Source of the DNA: Gammaproteobacteria bacterium
GTDB taxonomy: Bacteria > Pseudomonadota > Gammaproteobacteria > UBA4575
Reading direction: 5' to 3'
Length of the DNA: 64,000 nt
Assembly: GCA_965221955.1 (NCBI GenBank)
Contig: CBDCTA010000028.1
Location: 1 to 64,000, forward strand
Positions 1 to 12,398 of the stretch are shown piece by piece. Every line of letters begins with the position of its first letter. The stretch's first letter is position 1. A program made the position numbers and the translations under genes. A model generated the notes under the pieces. That model did no database searches. It had not been told where the DNA came from and saw only the letters and a list, made by a program, of their open reading frames with translations.

Positions 1-171
1 GTTTTAATTGAATTATACAGCTAATTGTGGCTTCCAATTCGTCCATTATCTCTATGGATTTGCCACCTAAACAAATGTTTCAAAAGGAAATAACAAAATC
101 ATTAAATACTAGTTTGTTGTTTCTTTTATGGAAAAAAATACAAATTTATCAGATTTTTAAAGAATATTGCT

Positions 172-188
172 TGCACAAATATAGTGCA
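172..188. promoter_or_regulatory. NtrC-like box
   Basis: TGCACAAATATAGTGCA fits TGCAC-N7-GTGCA; no matching sigma54 promoter found nearby. Confidence 0.4.
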
Positions 189-285
189 TATGTAAGGTGC
201 TTACTTGAACTAGGCCAACAATGAAGCTTAGTCGGTACAAAACTAAATATAAAAATAAATTTCTCGTTTTTAGGAGGATCTAATT

Positions 286-807
286 ATGAAAAGTCTTGTA
301 GCATTATCAGTGAGTATTGGTGTTTTGGGCGGTATAGCCGCCGCATTATGTCTTGGCCCACTATCTGGAATAGTATTAATTTGGGTCGTTTTTATTGCAT
401 GGGCGTGCTTTTTTGCAATTGGTGGTGATGGTAAAGCGTTACAAAACACTATTGTTTGTAGTGTTCTTGGTGCAATTATTGCCTGGATTGCATTACTAAT
501 CATTCTCGGCATTCCATTAGCAAATACAATTACCTTGCCTATTTGGGGAGGAATCGTTGTAGGTGTAACAGTTTTAATAATGTGTCTATTAGCACAGATT
601 GATTTCTTTTCTTCAATTCCTGCTTCAGTTTTGGGTTATGCAAGTGTCGCAGGTTACTCGTTGCAAACACCTGATGCACTCACAATGGGTTCTCTGACTT
701 CTGGAAGTTTCGCGAATCCGCTAGTAATTGTTGTCGTCTCACTTGTAGTTGGCGCAATTATAGGCATGATATCTGGAAAAGTTGGTGATGCCTTAACCTC
801 TGCATAA
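286..807 (+). CDS. DUF1097-family membrane protein
   Basis: 173 aa, hydrophobic, WVVFIAWACFFAIGG motif; AGGAGG RBS upstream. Confidence 0.75.
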   Translation: MKSLVALSVSIGVLGGIAAALCLGPLSGIVLIWVVFIAWACFFAIGGDGKALQNTIVCSVLGAIIAWIALLIILGIPLANTITLPIWGGIVVGVTVLIMCLLAQIDFFSSIPASVLGYASVAGYSLQTPDALTMGSLTSGSFANPLVIVVVSLVVGAIIGMISGKVGDALTSA

Positions 808-842
808 TGATTATTTAAAAATTTTTTAATAACCATTAAATT

Positions 843-874
843 AATTACGCCCAACCATTGTTGGGCGTAATTTT
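843..874 (+). terminator. intrinsic terminator between convergent genes
   Basis: 13-bp perfect stem AATTACGCCCAAC/GTTGGGCGTAATT with a 4-nt loop. Confidence 0.8.
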
Positions 875-939
875 ATAGACAAGTTATCTCATATATTTAA
901 TGCCACTCTAACGATAAGTAGTAATTTGCAAACGATACA

Positions 940-2538
940 TTAAATTAGTTTTTCAATTTCTTGCGCTTCAAGTGCTGAATTAAAATAATACCCTTGCCCA
1001 TTATGGATTCCATACATTTTTGCAATTTTCAGCACTTCTTCATTTTCAACACCTTCTGCTGTAGTTGAAAGTTTCAATTGCTGAGCAATTTCATTTGCAT
1101 GTTGAATGATAGCTCTACTGTCTTCATCAGTTGCAGCATTCGCCATGAAGGATTGGTCAATTTTTAATTCGTCAAAGGGTAAACGTTTTAAATATTCAAG
1201 TGATGCATGCTTGGTACCGTAGTCGTCTAAACTAAAACTGAGTCCTCTGTTTTTGTAGTTGAGCATAGATTCATGAATTTCATCAATATGATCGATGCTT
1301 GAGGTTTCAGTCAGCTCGATTTTTAACTTGCTGGCTAACCATGAATGATTTTTCAGCTGTGAATTAAGCTCTTGCTGAAAATCTTTATTTAAAAACCCAT
1401 TGGCGGTGATGTTGAAGGCAATGAGTAAATGAATATTTTTTTCATACCACCCTTTTAGAAGAGTAACGACTTTATTAAGCAACCAGAGATTAATTTCGTA
1501 AATCAGCCCTGCTGCTTCTGCATAAGGGATAAATCTACCAGGATCTAACAAACCATAATGTGGATGTTGCCAACGAATAAGAGCTTCTACCGAAACCATT
1601 TTTTCATCACGTAACCGTATTTGGGGTTGGTATAACACGGTAAGTTGTTCATCTTGAATGGCGCGTTGCAGCATTCCGATGATATGGATGTCTTGTATTT
1701 GACTGTCTGCGGCATCTTCATCATAAACAAACACGGAATGCCCATGTTTTTCAGCCACCATCATGGCGTTACGAGCTTTTTCAATCAGTTCTACACTGTT
1801 TCTGGCATGTTTTGGATAAATCGCTACCCCTATGCAAACCCCTACATCTGCCGGCTTATCTTCAATGGCTAAAGGTTCTTGCACAGATTCTGCAATATTT
1901 TTTGAAATGGCATGGATGTGCCCTTGTGCTGACACAGGATTGATCAACACAACAAATTCATCGCCACCTAGCCGAGCAATTAAATCGGTTTTTCGTAAGG
2001 CCGAGCGTATGCGGTGCGCAATTTCTTCTAAAATGGCATCTCCCACAAAATAACCTAAGGTTTCGTTTATTACCTTGAAACGGTTCAAGCCAATAATAAG
2101 TAAGGCAAACTCGTCATCTTCTCTGCGTGAAATGTCTAATGTTTTTTCAAGCTGGTCATTAAAGAAAGTTAAGTTTGGCAATCCCGTAAGGTCATCATGC
2201 GTTGCATAGTAATGCTCTAATGCTTCGGATTTGGCAAGGTTCACTGCAGTTTCATGATGTGCGTGAATAGCAATTCTTACGAACACTGCTGTAATGAGTG
2301 CGCTAAGGGTAATGAAGTAATAGGCAGGCTCTATTTCATGTGTGAACGTTAGATAGAGTAGATACACAAAGGCAAAAAATAAAACAAAAGCTACAAAAAC
2401 AAGTAGGTTTACATTTTTATTTTCTTGCTGCATCTCTTGTAGATGCAGTAGTTTTTTTATTGCATAGATAAAGATGAGAAGAGCCACACACACCACCGCT
2501 GACAAAGCAAGATTTTGCCAGTGAAGTGCGGTGTTCAT
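940..2538 (-). CDS. membrane-anchored GGDEF-EAL diguanylate cyclase/phosphodiesterase
   Basis: N-terminal TM helices; HDDLTGLPN, RLGGDEF, EALIRW, DDYGT and EGVE motifs. Confidence 0.92.
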   Translation of the reverse strand: MNTALHWQNLALSAVVCVALLIFIYAIKKLLHLQEMQQENKNVNLLVFVAFVLFFAFVYLLYLTFTHEIEPAYYFITLSALITAVFVRIAIHAHHETAVNLAKSEALEHYYATHDDLTGLPNLTFFNDQLEKTLDISRREDDEFALLIIGLNRFKVINETLGYFVGDAILEEIAHRIRSALRKTDLIARLGGDEFVVLINPVSAQGHIHAISKNIAESVQEPLAIEDKPADVGVCIGVAIYPKHARNSVELIEKARNAMMVAEKHGHSVFVYDEDAADSQIQDIHIIGMLQRAIQDEQLTVLYQPQIRLRDEKMVSVEALIRWQHPHYGLLDPGRFIPYAEAAGLIYEINLWLLNKVVTLLKGWYEKNIHLLIAFNITANGFLNKDFQQELNSQLKNHSWLASKLKIELTETSSIDHIDEIHESMLNYKNRGLSFSLDDYGTKHASLEYLKRLPFDELKIDQSFMANAATDEDSRAIIQHANEIAQQLKLSTTAEGVENEEVLKIAKMYGIHNGQGYYFNSALEAQEIEKLI

Positions 2539-2558
2539 TTCATCCCTTACCTAAATTA

Positions 2559-2683
2559 TAAGAACCATTGATTTCTTTTTATACGAGGCAAATTATGGCA
2601 AAAAAACGCGGAGTGTATAGCGAATACATGAGCACTTTGAGTCCATAATTTAACGAAGTATAAAATTAAATCAGGGGTTCTTA
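2559..2683. mobile_element. ~120-bp MITE-like palindromic repeat, copy 1
   Basis: Terminal IR ATAAGAACCATTGATTT / AAATCAGGGGTTCTTAT (15/17) with TA flanks; internal GCGGAGTGTAT..ATACATGA shared with 52095-52214. Confidence 0.7.
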
Positions 2684-4075
2684 TTAGGCTTCTTGGATGC
2701 CGCCTTTCGTCAATGCCGCAGGATCTAGCAGTTTTTTGATTTGATCATCACTTAAGTCGGTCATTTCTTTTGCAACATCAAAAATGGGTCTGCCAGAGGC
2801 ATAAGCCGCTTTAGCAATCGCTGCACCTTTTTCATAACCAATGACTCGGTTCATTGCGGTGACTAATATTGGATTCTTTGCCAAAGCATCTTGAAGGTTT
2901 TCTTCATTCACTGTGAACTCTTTAATGGCCTTATCTGCCAATACTTTGCAGGAGTTGCTGAGCAGCTGAATGCTTTGTAATAGATTAAACGCAATAACGG
3001 GAAGCATAACGTTTAACTGAAACAACCCCGACTGCCCTGCCATAGTTATGGTGGTATCATTCCCAATTACTTGTGTGCTTACCATTGCCACCGCTTCCGG
3101 AATAACGGGGTTTACTTTACCCGGCATGATGCTGCTTCCTGGTTGCAATGCAGGTAGTGCAATTTCACCTAACCCTGCTAATGGACCAGAGTTCATCCAA
3201 CGTAAGTCATTTGAAATTTTCATTAAACTCACTGCAAGCGCTTTTAGTTGCCCACTCATTTCCACTGCTGAGTCTTGACTGGCTAAACCTTCAAATTTAT
3301 TTGCTTTTGATTCAAAGTTAACGTTGGTAAGCGATTTGAGTTCTTTGGCAACGAGTTCTCCAAATTTCTCATCTGCATTAATACCACTACCTACCGCAGT
3401 ACCGCCTTGTGCAAGTTGGCGTAATCGCTTTAATGAATCATCAATGCGTTCAATGGAATATTCAATTTGTTGCGCCCAAGCATCAATTTCTTGACCCATG
3501 GTAACTGGCATGGCATCCATTAAATGAGTGCGGCCGGTTTTAACAAACTTTTTGCATTCTGCTGCTTTGTTTTTTAACGTGCTGAACAAATGTGCGAGTG
3601 CTGGTTTGAGTTCTTCTTCTATTTGTAAACAAGCGCTGACATGTATGGCGGTTGGAATGATGTCATTTGAACTTTGACTCATATTCACATGATCATTAGG
3701 GTGCACTTCTGTGTCACCAAGATTGTTTGCTAAATGCGCAATCACTTCATTGGCATTCATATTGGTACTTGTACCTGAACCGGTTTGAAATACATCAATA
3801 GGAAAATGATCGTCATAGTCCCCTGCGGCTACCGTCATGGCCGCTTGCTTTACGACTGACTCCACATCCTTCGTCATTAAACCTAGTTCTGTGTTGGCGG
3901 CTGCGCATGCAGTCTTAATTAATCCTAATGCACGTATAAATTGTCTTGGCATGACCAAGCCACTTATAGGGAAGTTTTCTACGGCTCTTTGCGTTTGTGC
4001 GCCATAAAGTGCGTCTGCAGGCACTTTAAGTTCACCCATGCTGTCCTTTTCGGTACGAAAGTTCGAATCGCTCAT
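2684..4075 (-). CDS. fumC: class II fumarate hydratase
   Basis: QTGSGTSTNMNANE, GRTHLMDA and GSSIMPGKVNP signatures. Confidence 0.97.
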   Translation of the reverse strand: MSDSNFRTEKDSMGELKVPADALYGAQTQRAVENFPISGLVMPRQFIRALGLIKTACAAANTELGLMTKDVESVVKQAAMTVAAGDYDDHFPIDVFQTGSGTSTNMNANEVIAHLANNLGDTEVHPNDHVNMSQSSNDIIPTAIHVSACLQIEEELKPALAHLFSTLKNKAAECKKFVKTGRTHLMDAMPVTMGQEIDAWAQQIEYSIERIDDSLKRLRQLAQGGTAVGSGINADEKFGELVAKELKSLTNVNFESKANKFEGLASQDSAVEMSGQLKALAVSLMKISNDLRWMNSGPLAGLGEIALPALQPGSSIMPGKVNPVIPEAVAMVSTQVIGNDTTITMAGQSGLFQLNVMLPVIAFNLLQSIQLLSNSCKVLADKAIKEFTVNEENLQDALAKNPILVTAMNRVIGYEKGAAIAKAAYASGRPIFDVAKEMTDLSDDQIKKLLDPAALTKGGIQEA

Positions 4076-4133
4076 TTTTTTCTCTTTATAATTTCAGAAT
4101 ATATTGTTGATCTTGCGGGATTTATCAACGAGA

Positions 4134-4225
4134 TAGTGTATTTTGCACCCACAGAATGGTACAAAGTGTACCTAGAGAATAGTATAAAGTGCACCTACAG
4201 AAAGGTGTATTTTGCGCTCATAAAC
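4134..4225. repeat. four degenerate 23-bp tandem repeats in the fumC/purB divergent region
   Basis: TAGTGTATTTTGCACCCACAGAA / TGGTACAAAGTGTACCTAGAGAA / TAGTATAAAGTGCACCTACAGAA / AGGTGTATTTTGCGCTCATAAAC. Confidence 0.7.
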
Positions 4226-4237
4226 CACCGAATTTAA

Positions 4238-6705
<2,468 letters not shown>

Positions 6706-6727
6706 GCTTAAGTGATAAAACTGTAAT

Positions 6728-8623
6728 CTACACGCCCAATGCGTGTTTTCTTTTTCTTGAACGAATAACAGACAATATGAGTGCAAGAACAGAAATGATG
6801 ATAGGCACTAATCCGATATTGATAAATTTCAACTTCGATCCTAACTTCTCAATATCTTGATCTAAACTATGTCTAACTTGGCGTAGTTCTTTACGTACTT
6901 TGAATTTTTCTTGCTGGAAACGTTTAATCTCTGCTTCTTGTTCTGGAGACAACATAAGCTCATCACTATCGTCACGCGCTTTTTGTAGTTCTACTAATTT
7001 TTGCTCTGTTTCTGCAAGTTCGGCTTGCAGTCTTTGTTCGGTAGAGCGGAATTTTTGATCTGCGGCAAAACGCAAATCATTCACTAACTCAAATGGACGG
7101 GTTGAAGTTTCACGCCCGCGAATTCCAATCAGATCATTGCTGCCCGCAAAATTGTCTGCAGTATTAATAATCAAATCACCGTTATTTGCCCAGGCATTGA
7201 AAATTTGTTGGCCAAAGAATTCTTGTACTTGCACCCACATACGGTCACTCAACATATCCGTATCCGCAACGATAAATAAGTTGGCATCTTCTTTAGTACT
7301 CTCTAAGTGTTCGCCATATTTGGACTCATCCACATCTTTTGCTTCAGACATCACGGGTCTTCCGCTTTTAAATGCACTATCAAGCTTACCCTTCACTCTG
7401 GCGATGAAGGTATAGGGTTCTCCAGTAGGTTCAAACCCTTCACTGAGTTGGCTTAAATCAGGAAGAAAACGGAATCGAGTAGACTCAATTAACGCAACAT
7501 CATCACTCGATGTAACGATAGGAGTGAATTCAATAGTGGATCCTTGCTTTGCACTGAGAGCCCCCGCCACACCCATACTAATCACTTCTAATTCAGAAGT
7601 CGTAACATCTTCTGAGTCAATATTTTCTTGTGTGATCGCTAACAAGCCATAATGTCTAGCTTGACCCGAGTGTGCACCACCTACTGTCAGCGCATATTTT
7701 CGATCTAGCACGACTTTGGTGTTATCGAATTCAATACCCCAAGTGTCAAATAATTTTTTTAAGCTTGAAGCACGCCCACCTTCAACTTCTAATGGTGAAT
7801 TCTGCTGGCGCACAGGTATATCAACCTCAGAATGTGGATCGACAAAAAACATCGCCCTACCGCCACGCATTACGAATTGATCAATTGCATATTGCGTAGG
7901 TTCAGACAAATTTTTTGGATGCACAACCATTAATAAGTCTACATCGGCATCAATCACATCTGCGGTGATATCCAATAGCTTGACTTCAAATACTTGTCTC
8001 ATCTGCGCAATAATCGCCCACTCTTTTGTCATCTGTGTAGTCTCAACATCGAAACCACCAAACATCGGCAGCTGCGTGAGCACACCCACTACCGTCTTTT
8101 TAGGATTACCCAAGTTATATAGCAACTTGCTAATATCGTATTCTAAAAACTGTTCACGCTGTGGTTGAAAGAATGGTAATACTTCAGTATCACCCACCGC
8201 ATTGCTTGCCGCCAAACCAAAGTAAACATTATCACCTGTTGTACCAACAGGAATGGCTTGCAGTCCAAAAGAAGCTGCTTGATCTTCCTCTTCTGAAAAA
8301 GTTACCGGGTCTACAATATAGAGCACAACATTACCGTCGGATAACTGTTCGTATTCCTTTAGCAATTCTTTTACACGTGTAGCATAAGTGCGCAATTGCG
8401 GGACACCTTCACTGGCCTTATCCGAATAAAACAAGTACATGGTGATGGGCTCTTCAATATTCTTAACAATATTTCGCGTACCATCAGTCAAGGTAAAAAG
8501 CTCATTTTCGGTTAGATCAATACGAGAACTTGTAAAAAAGTTGTTACTCACCATATTGATCACTAGAAACAATATCGCCAATATGATTAAGCCAAGTACA
8601 GTTACGGATTTTGTTTTTTGCAT
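6728..8623 (-). CDS. GldG-family ABC transporter auxiliary protein
   Basis: RIDLTENELFTLT, LEYDIS, YAIDQFVMRGG; N- and C-terminal TM helices. Confidence 0.85.
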   Translation of the reverse strand: MQKTKSVTVLGLIILAILFLVINMVSNNFFTSSRIDLTENELFTLTDGTRNIVKNIEEPITMYLFYSDKASEGVPQLRTYATRVKELLKEYEQLSDGNVVLYIVDPVTFSEEEDQAASFGLQAIPVGTTGDNVYFGLAASNAVGDTEVLPFFQPQREQFLEYDISKLLYNLGNPKKTVVGVLTQLPMFGGFDVETTQMTKEWAIIAQMRQVFEVKLLDITADVIDADVDLLMVVHPKNLSEPTQYAIDQFVMRGGRAMFFVDPHSEVDIPVRQQNSPLEVEGGRASSLKKLFDTWGIEFDNTKVVLDRKYALTVGGAHSGQARHYGLLAITQENIDSEDVTTSELEVISMGVAGALSAKQGSTIEFTPIVTSSDDVALIESTRFRFLPDLSQLSEGFEPTGEPYTFIARVKGKLDSAFKSGRPVMSEAKDVDESKYGEHLESTKEDANLFIVADTDMLSDRMWVQVQEFFGQQIFNAWANNGDLIINTADNFAGSNDLIGIRGRETSTRPFELVNDLRFAADQKFRSTEQRLQAELAETEQKLVELQKARDDSDELMLSPEQEAEIKRFQQEKFKVRKELRQVRHSLDQDIEKLGSKLKFINIGLVPIIISVLALILSVIRSRKRKHALGV

Positions 8624-8632
8624 TGCTATAAC

Positions 8633-9367
8633 CTAGTCCGCTTTCTTTAACTCAACAATAATAGTGTTGGCATATAACCAAAAGCCAATTAAGGAGACAA
8701 AATAAATAATATCGCGAAGATCAATTACACCTTTCGCAATAGACCCAAAATGACTTAAAAAACTTAATGAAGAAATTGCATCCACAATATTTTGCGGCAA
8801 CAGTGTCTTGAAAAAGTCCAGTACGAGCGGTGTACCTGCTAATAAAAACAAAAAGCAAATTACTACAGTAATAATGAATGCGATAACTTGGTTTTTAGTC
8901 ATTGCAGATATACATGAGCCAATAGCAAGAAAACCTCCAGCCATTAAAAAACTACCTATATAGGCTGCAAAAATCACACCATTATCTGGATTACCTAAAT
9001 AATTTACCGTAATCCAAATTGGGAAAGTAAGCACTAAGGCTATGCCGATAAATACCCATGCTGCTAAAAATTTACCAATTACTGACTCACCAATTGTGAT
9101 TGGCAATGTCATTAATAACTCTATGCTTCCCGTTTTACGTTCTTCGGCCCATAAGCGCATCGCAATCGCAGGAACTAAAAATAAATATAACCAAGGATGA
9201 AAATTAAAAAACGGTACTAAATCTGCCTGGCCTCTTTCATAAAGATTTCCTAGATAAAATGTCATTGCGCCACTCATGATTAAAAAGATCACGATAAATA
9301 CATAAGCTACTGGTGTGGCAAAATAGCTACTGAGTTCTCTTTTAAATATGGTAATGGTGTTTTTCAT
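8633..9367 (-). CDS. ABC-2 permease (GldF-like)
   Basis: KRELSSYFATP, MRLWAEERKTGSIELL. Confidence 0.88.
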   Translation of the reverse strand: MKNTITIFKRELSSYFATPVAYVFIVIFLIMSGAMTFYLGNLYERGQADLVPFFNFHPWLYLFLVPAIAMRLWAEERKTGSIELLMTLPITIGESVIGKFLAAWVFIGIALVLTFPIWITVNYLGNPDNGVIFAAYIGSFLMAGGFLAIGSCISAMTKNQVIAFIITVVICFLFLLAGTPLVLDFFKTLLPQNIVDAISSLSFLSHFGSIAKGVIDLRDIIYFVSLIGFWLYANTIIVELKKAD

Positions 9368-9376
9368 ACGAGTTAT

Positions 9377-10099
9377 TTAAGAAATATTTCCACTGGTAAT
9401 TTCACGGAAAATATCATCCATCTTGTCACTAGATGATTTACTACGTAATCCTTCTGGTGTGTCATCAGCCAAAATTTTTCCATCTGCAATAATAATTGCG
9501 CGCGAGCAGATTGCGTCCACTTCACCAAGAATATGAGTTGAAATAACGATTACTTTCTCAGGCGAAATGCTTTTAATTAGCTCGCGTACTTCAAATTTTT
9601 GATTCGGGTCTAACCCATCTGTAGGTTCGTCTAGAATTAGAACTTCTGGATCATGCAAAATAGCTTGCGCTAAACCTACTCTTCTTTTAAAACCTTTAGA
9701 CAAAGTATCAATTGACTGATTCAAAACCTTATCTAAATGTAATCGTTCAATAACTTCCTTATTGCGATCTATTTTCTTTTGGCCACTAAGCTGCCTAACC
9801 TGTGCAATAAACTCTAAATATTGCAATGGTGTCATTTCACCATAGCTTGGAGCACCTTCTGGTAAGTAACCGATTCGTTGCTTTGCTTCAATGGGTTTAG
9901 CACTTACATCGAATCCGCACACTTCGATCTCACCTGAGGTAGGCGTAAGAAAGCCTGTGATCATTTTCATTGTGGTGGATTTGCCAGCACCATTTGGGCC
10001 TAGAAAGCCCAACACTTCACCTGGCTCTACCTGAAATGATATATCTTCAACGGCAGTTAAATGTCCGAATTTTTTACTTAGATTATTTATCTTTATCAT
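9377..10099 (-). CDS. ABC transporter ATP-binding protein (GldA-like)
   Basis: Walker A GPNGAGKST, signature LSKG, Walker B LILDEPT. Confidence 0.92.
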   Translation of the reverse strand: MIKINNLSKKFGHLTAVEDISFQVEPGEVLGFLGPNGAGKSTTMKMITGFLTPTSGEIEVCGFDVSAKPIEAKQRIGYLPEGAPSYGEMTPLQYLEFIAQVRQLSGQKKIDRNKEVIERLHLDKVLNQSIDTLSKGFKRRVGLAQAILHDPEVLILDEPTDGLDPNQKFEVRELIKSISPEKVIVISTHILGEVDAICSRAIIIADGKILADDTPEGLRSKSSSDKMDDIFREITSGNIS

Positions 10100-10405
10100 G
10101 ATTCAGATCATGCATTCTATTGAGTAATGCCTTCCTTAGCCCTCTTGGCGGGAAAATTTTACTGAGGAATTTTTATAATTCAAGCGTGATTTTTGGGGAC
10201 ACTATACGCGATATAATAATAAATTCCGAATAGGCTTCCTCATACATCATTTATAGAACTCATTGGAATATTAGAGAAAAATATAGTTCCCTTATACCTT
10301 TATACTGCCCTCACTGCGATTCTGGATCCGCTAGTTTATACTTCGTATCTGTATATTAATAATAATGATCAAATAATAAGGCCAAGAATATAAAGGTAAT
10401 CTTAA

Positions 10406-10933
10406 ATGGGGATCTCTAAAGATAATTTTTTCAAGAACTTCATTATTGGGCTCACGAGCGAATGTATGCAAATTGACACGCGCCAACTAAACCGTGATGC
10501 AATTTTGAAACTTTTATCCTCTGCGCAAAATAATGTTGTCATACTTAGCAGATATTTAGACCCTAGAATTTTTAGTAATGAAGATTTTATTCAAAATGCT
10601 TCTGAGTTCGTTCGTCGCACTAAGACAGCTAATATTAAGATTCTTGTACATGACACTCAGACAATTGTTAAAAATAATCATCGAATTTTAAATTTGAGCC
10701 AACGTGTTTCTTCTAAAATTGAAATTCGCACAATTTGCAATGACTATGCGCAATTCAATCAAGCATTTGTCGTCGCCGATTCTGTCGGCTATATCCATAA
10801 TCTGAAAGCAGATTTATATGATGCTGAGGTAAACTTTAGTGATATTGAGAAGTCTAAAGATCTAATGGAGACATTTAAGACCATTTGGGAGCTTAGTCAG
10901 CAGGATGCGGAGGTTAGAAGATTATGCATTTAA
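10406..10933 (+). CDS. conserved hypothetical protein (possibly PLD-like fold)
   Basis: 175-aa ORF overlapping the next gene; fold guess is inference only. Confidence 0.6.
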   Translation: MGISKDNFFKNFIIGLTSECMQIDTRQLNRDAILKLLSSAQNNVVILSRYLDPRIFSNEDFIQNASEFVRRTKTANIKILVHDTQTIVKNNHRILNLSQRVSSKIEIRTICNDYAQFNQAFVVADSVGYIHNLKADLYDAEVNFSDIEKSKDLMETFKTIWELSQQDAEVRRLCI

Positions 10934-11793
10934 CTAAACCGGCACTTACCTTTTTTTTATTTGCACTGTCTTTGGTAATAAGCGTTTCATTCGCTGATCA
11001 AAATGATCCTTTGCAGATTATCGATTTAAAAAATCGCCCTGCACAAGAAGTCATTCCTGTTATCAAGCCGATGTTAAAACCCAATGACGCCATTACTGGC
11101 ACAGGTTTCCAGTTATTTATCCGAACAGATACTAAAACGTTGGATGAAGTTACACGTTTACTACAAGTCATGGATAAAGCACCACGTAATTTAATTATAA
11201 AAGTGCGCAACAATGTAGATAGTTCTTCTAATTCAACAAATATTAATACTTCAGGTAATTATGAAATTGGTGATGATGTAAATGTTGTTGTGGGAGACCG
11301 CCCTCCTGGTGAAGAAGGCACTAAGGTGCGCATTAACAATACTAAAAATAGATCTAAAGATAATACTGAACACATGATTCGCGTGATTGAAGGTGGCGAA
11401 GCCTTTATCACAGCTGGACAAATTAGACCTTATGAACATCGCACAATAATCCGACATCGCTATGGAGTATCCGTTTATGACAGTGTTGATTATCAAGATG
11501 TCACCAGTGGATTCTATGTAACACCAAGACTAATCGGTAACGGCAAAGTTTCTTTACAAATTCAACCTCATTATCGCACTGCAAGTGATGACTACAGTTA
11601 TACGAGTGATGGCTATAGAGGAACCGTTGATGTTCAAGAAGCATCAACCACTCTAGAAGCAAAGGTTGGCGAATGGATTCAAATCGGCGGAGTAGATACT
11701 GACGCCAAATCTAAAGACAGTGGCATTCTCAGCACATCGCGAAATTCTGAAGAACTACAAAGCGCAATCTTTTTAAAAGTTGAGCTAGAATAA
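10924..11793 (+). CDS. NolW/secretin-like domain exported protein
   Basis: Signal peptide, IIDLKNRPAQEVIPVIKPML repeat, GFYVTPR..GEWIQIGG C-terminus. Confidence 0.7.
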   Translation: MHLTKPALTFFLFALSLVISVSFADQNDPLQIIDLKNRPAQEVIPVIKPMLKPNDAITGTGFQLFIRTDTKTLDEVTRLLQVMDKAPRNLIIKVRNNVDSSSNSTNINTSGNYEIGDDVNVVVGDRPPGEEGTKVRINNTKNRSKDNTEHMIRVIEGGEAFITAGQIRPYEHRTIIRHRYGVSVYDSVDYQDVTSGFYVTPRLIGNGKVSLQIQPHYRTASDDYSYTSDGYRGTVDVQEASTTLEAKVGEWIQIGGVDTDAKSKDSGILSTSRNSEELQSAIFLKVELE

Positions 11794-11795
11794 AA

Positions 11796-12389
11796 CTAAC
11801 TTGACCACTCTTTTCGGAGTGACTCACGTAATTGCATAAAGCTATAAATTGCAATCATTGGAATTGCAGAACGAATTTTACCTTCGCTCAACATATCAAT
11901 TGCTTTTGCGGATGAAACAACATGAACGCGAATATCTTCGCCTTCATCATCTAAACCCCCTATACCACCAAGATTGCTTGTATCGGTCTTACCAATATAA
12001 ACATGGGATAATTCTGAAAAGCCACCAGGTGTTGGATAAAACGAAGTTACATAATGCAGTTTTTCCAATTTGCAATTTGCCTCTTCTAAGGCTTCTCGCA
12101 TTGCAACATCCTCGTTATCTTCTCCTTCTTCAACCAAGCCAGCAACAATTTCCACCAACCAAGGGTTCTCATCATTGCCAACTGCACCTACCCTAAACTG
12201 TTCGATCAATACTACTTCATCACGAAAAGGGTCATAGGGTAATACCGCTACTGCATTTTGCCTTGATACTTGCTCGCGGATAAGTTTATTGCTCATCCCC
12301 CCTGAAAATAGCTCGTGCTGAATAGTAAGTTGATTTACTTTGAAATGACCATCGTAGTTACGAATATTTTCATGAACTTTCCACTTCAT
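11796..12389 (-). CDS. nudF: ADP-ribose pyrophosphatase (Nudix)
   Basis: AVLPYDP, EQFR, Nudix box GLVEEGE..AMREALEEAN. Confidence 0.9.
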   Translation of the reverse strand: MKWKVHENIRNYDGHFKVNQLTIQHELFSGGMSNKLIREQVSRQNAVAVLPYDPFRDEVVLIEQFRVGAVGNDENPWLVEIVAGLVEEGEDNEDVAMREALEEANCKLEKLHYVTSFYPTPGGFSELSHVYIGKTDTSNLGGIGGLDDEGEDIRVHVVSSAKAIDMLSEGKIRSAIPMIAIYSFMQLRESLRKEWSS

Positions 12390-12398
12390 AATAATGTT

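Noticed and set aside
27-224. 65-aa ORF, plus a possible minus-strand gene start at 46 (MDELEATIS...)
   Set aside because: The first lies in AT-rich promoter DNA with no motif; the second is cut by the window edge and cannot be supported.
3941-4237. 98-aa plus-strand ORF
   Set aside because: Overlaps fumC antisense and runs through the 23-bp repeat array; no recognisable motif.
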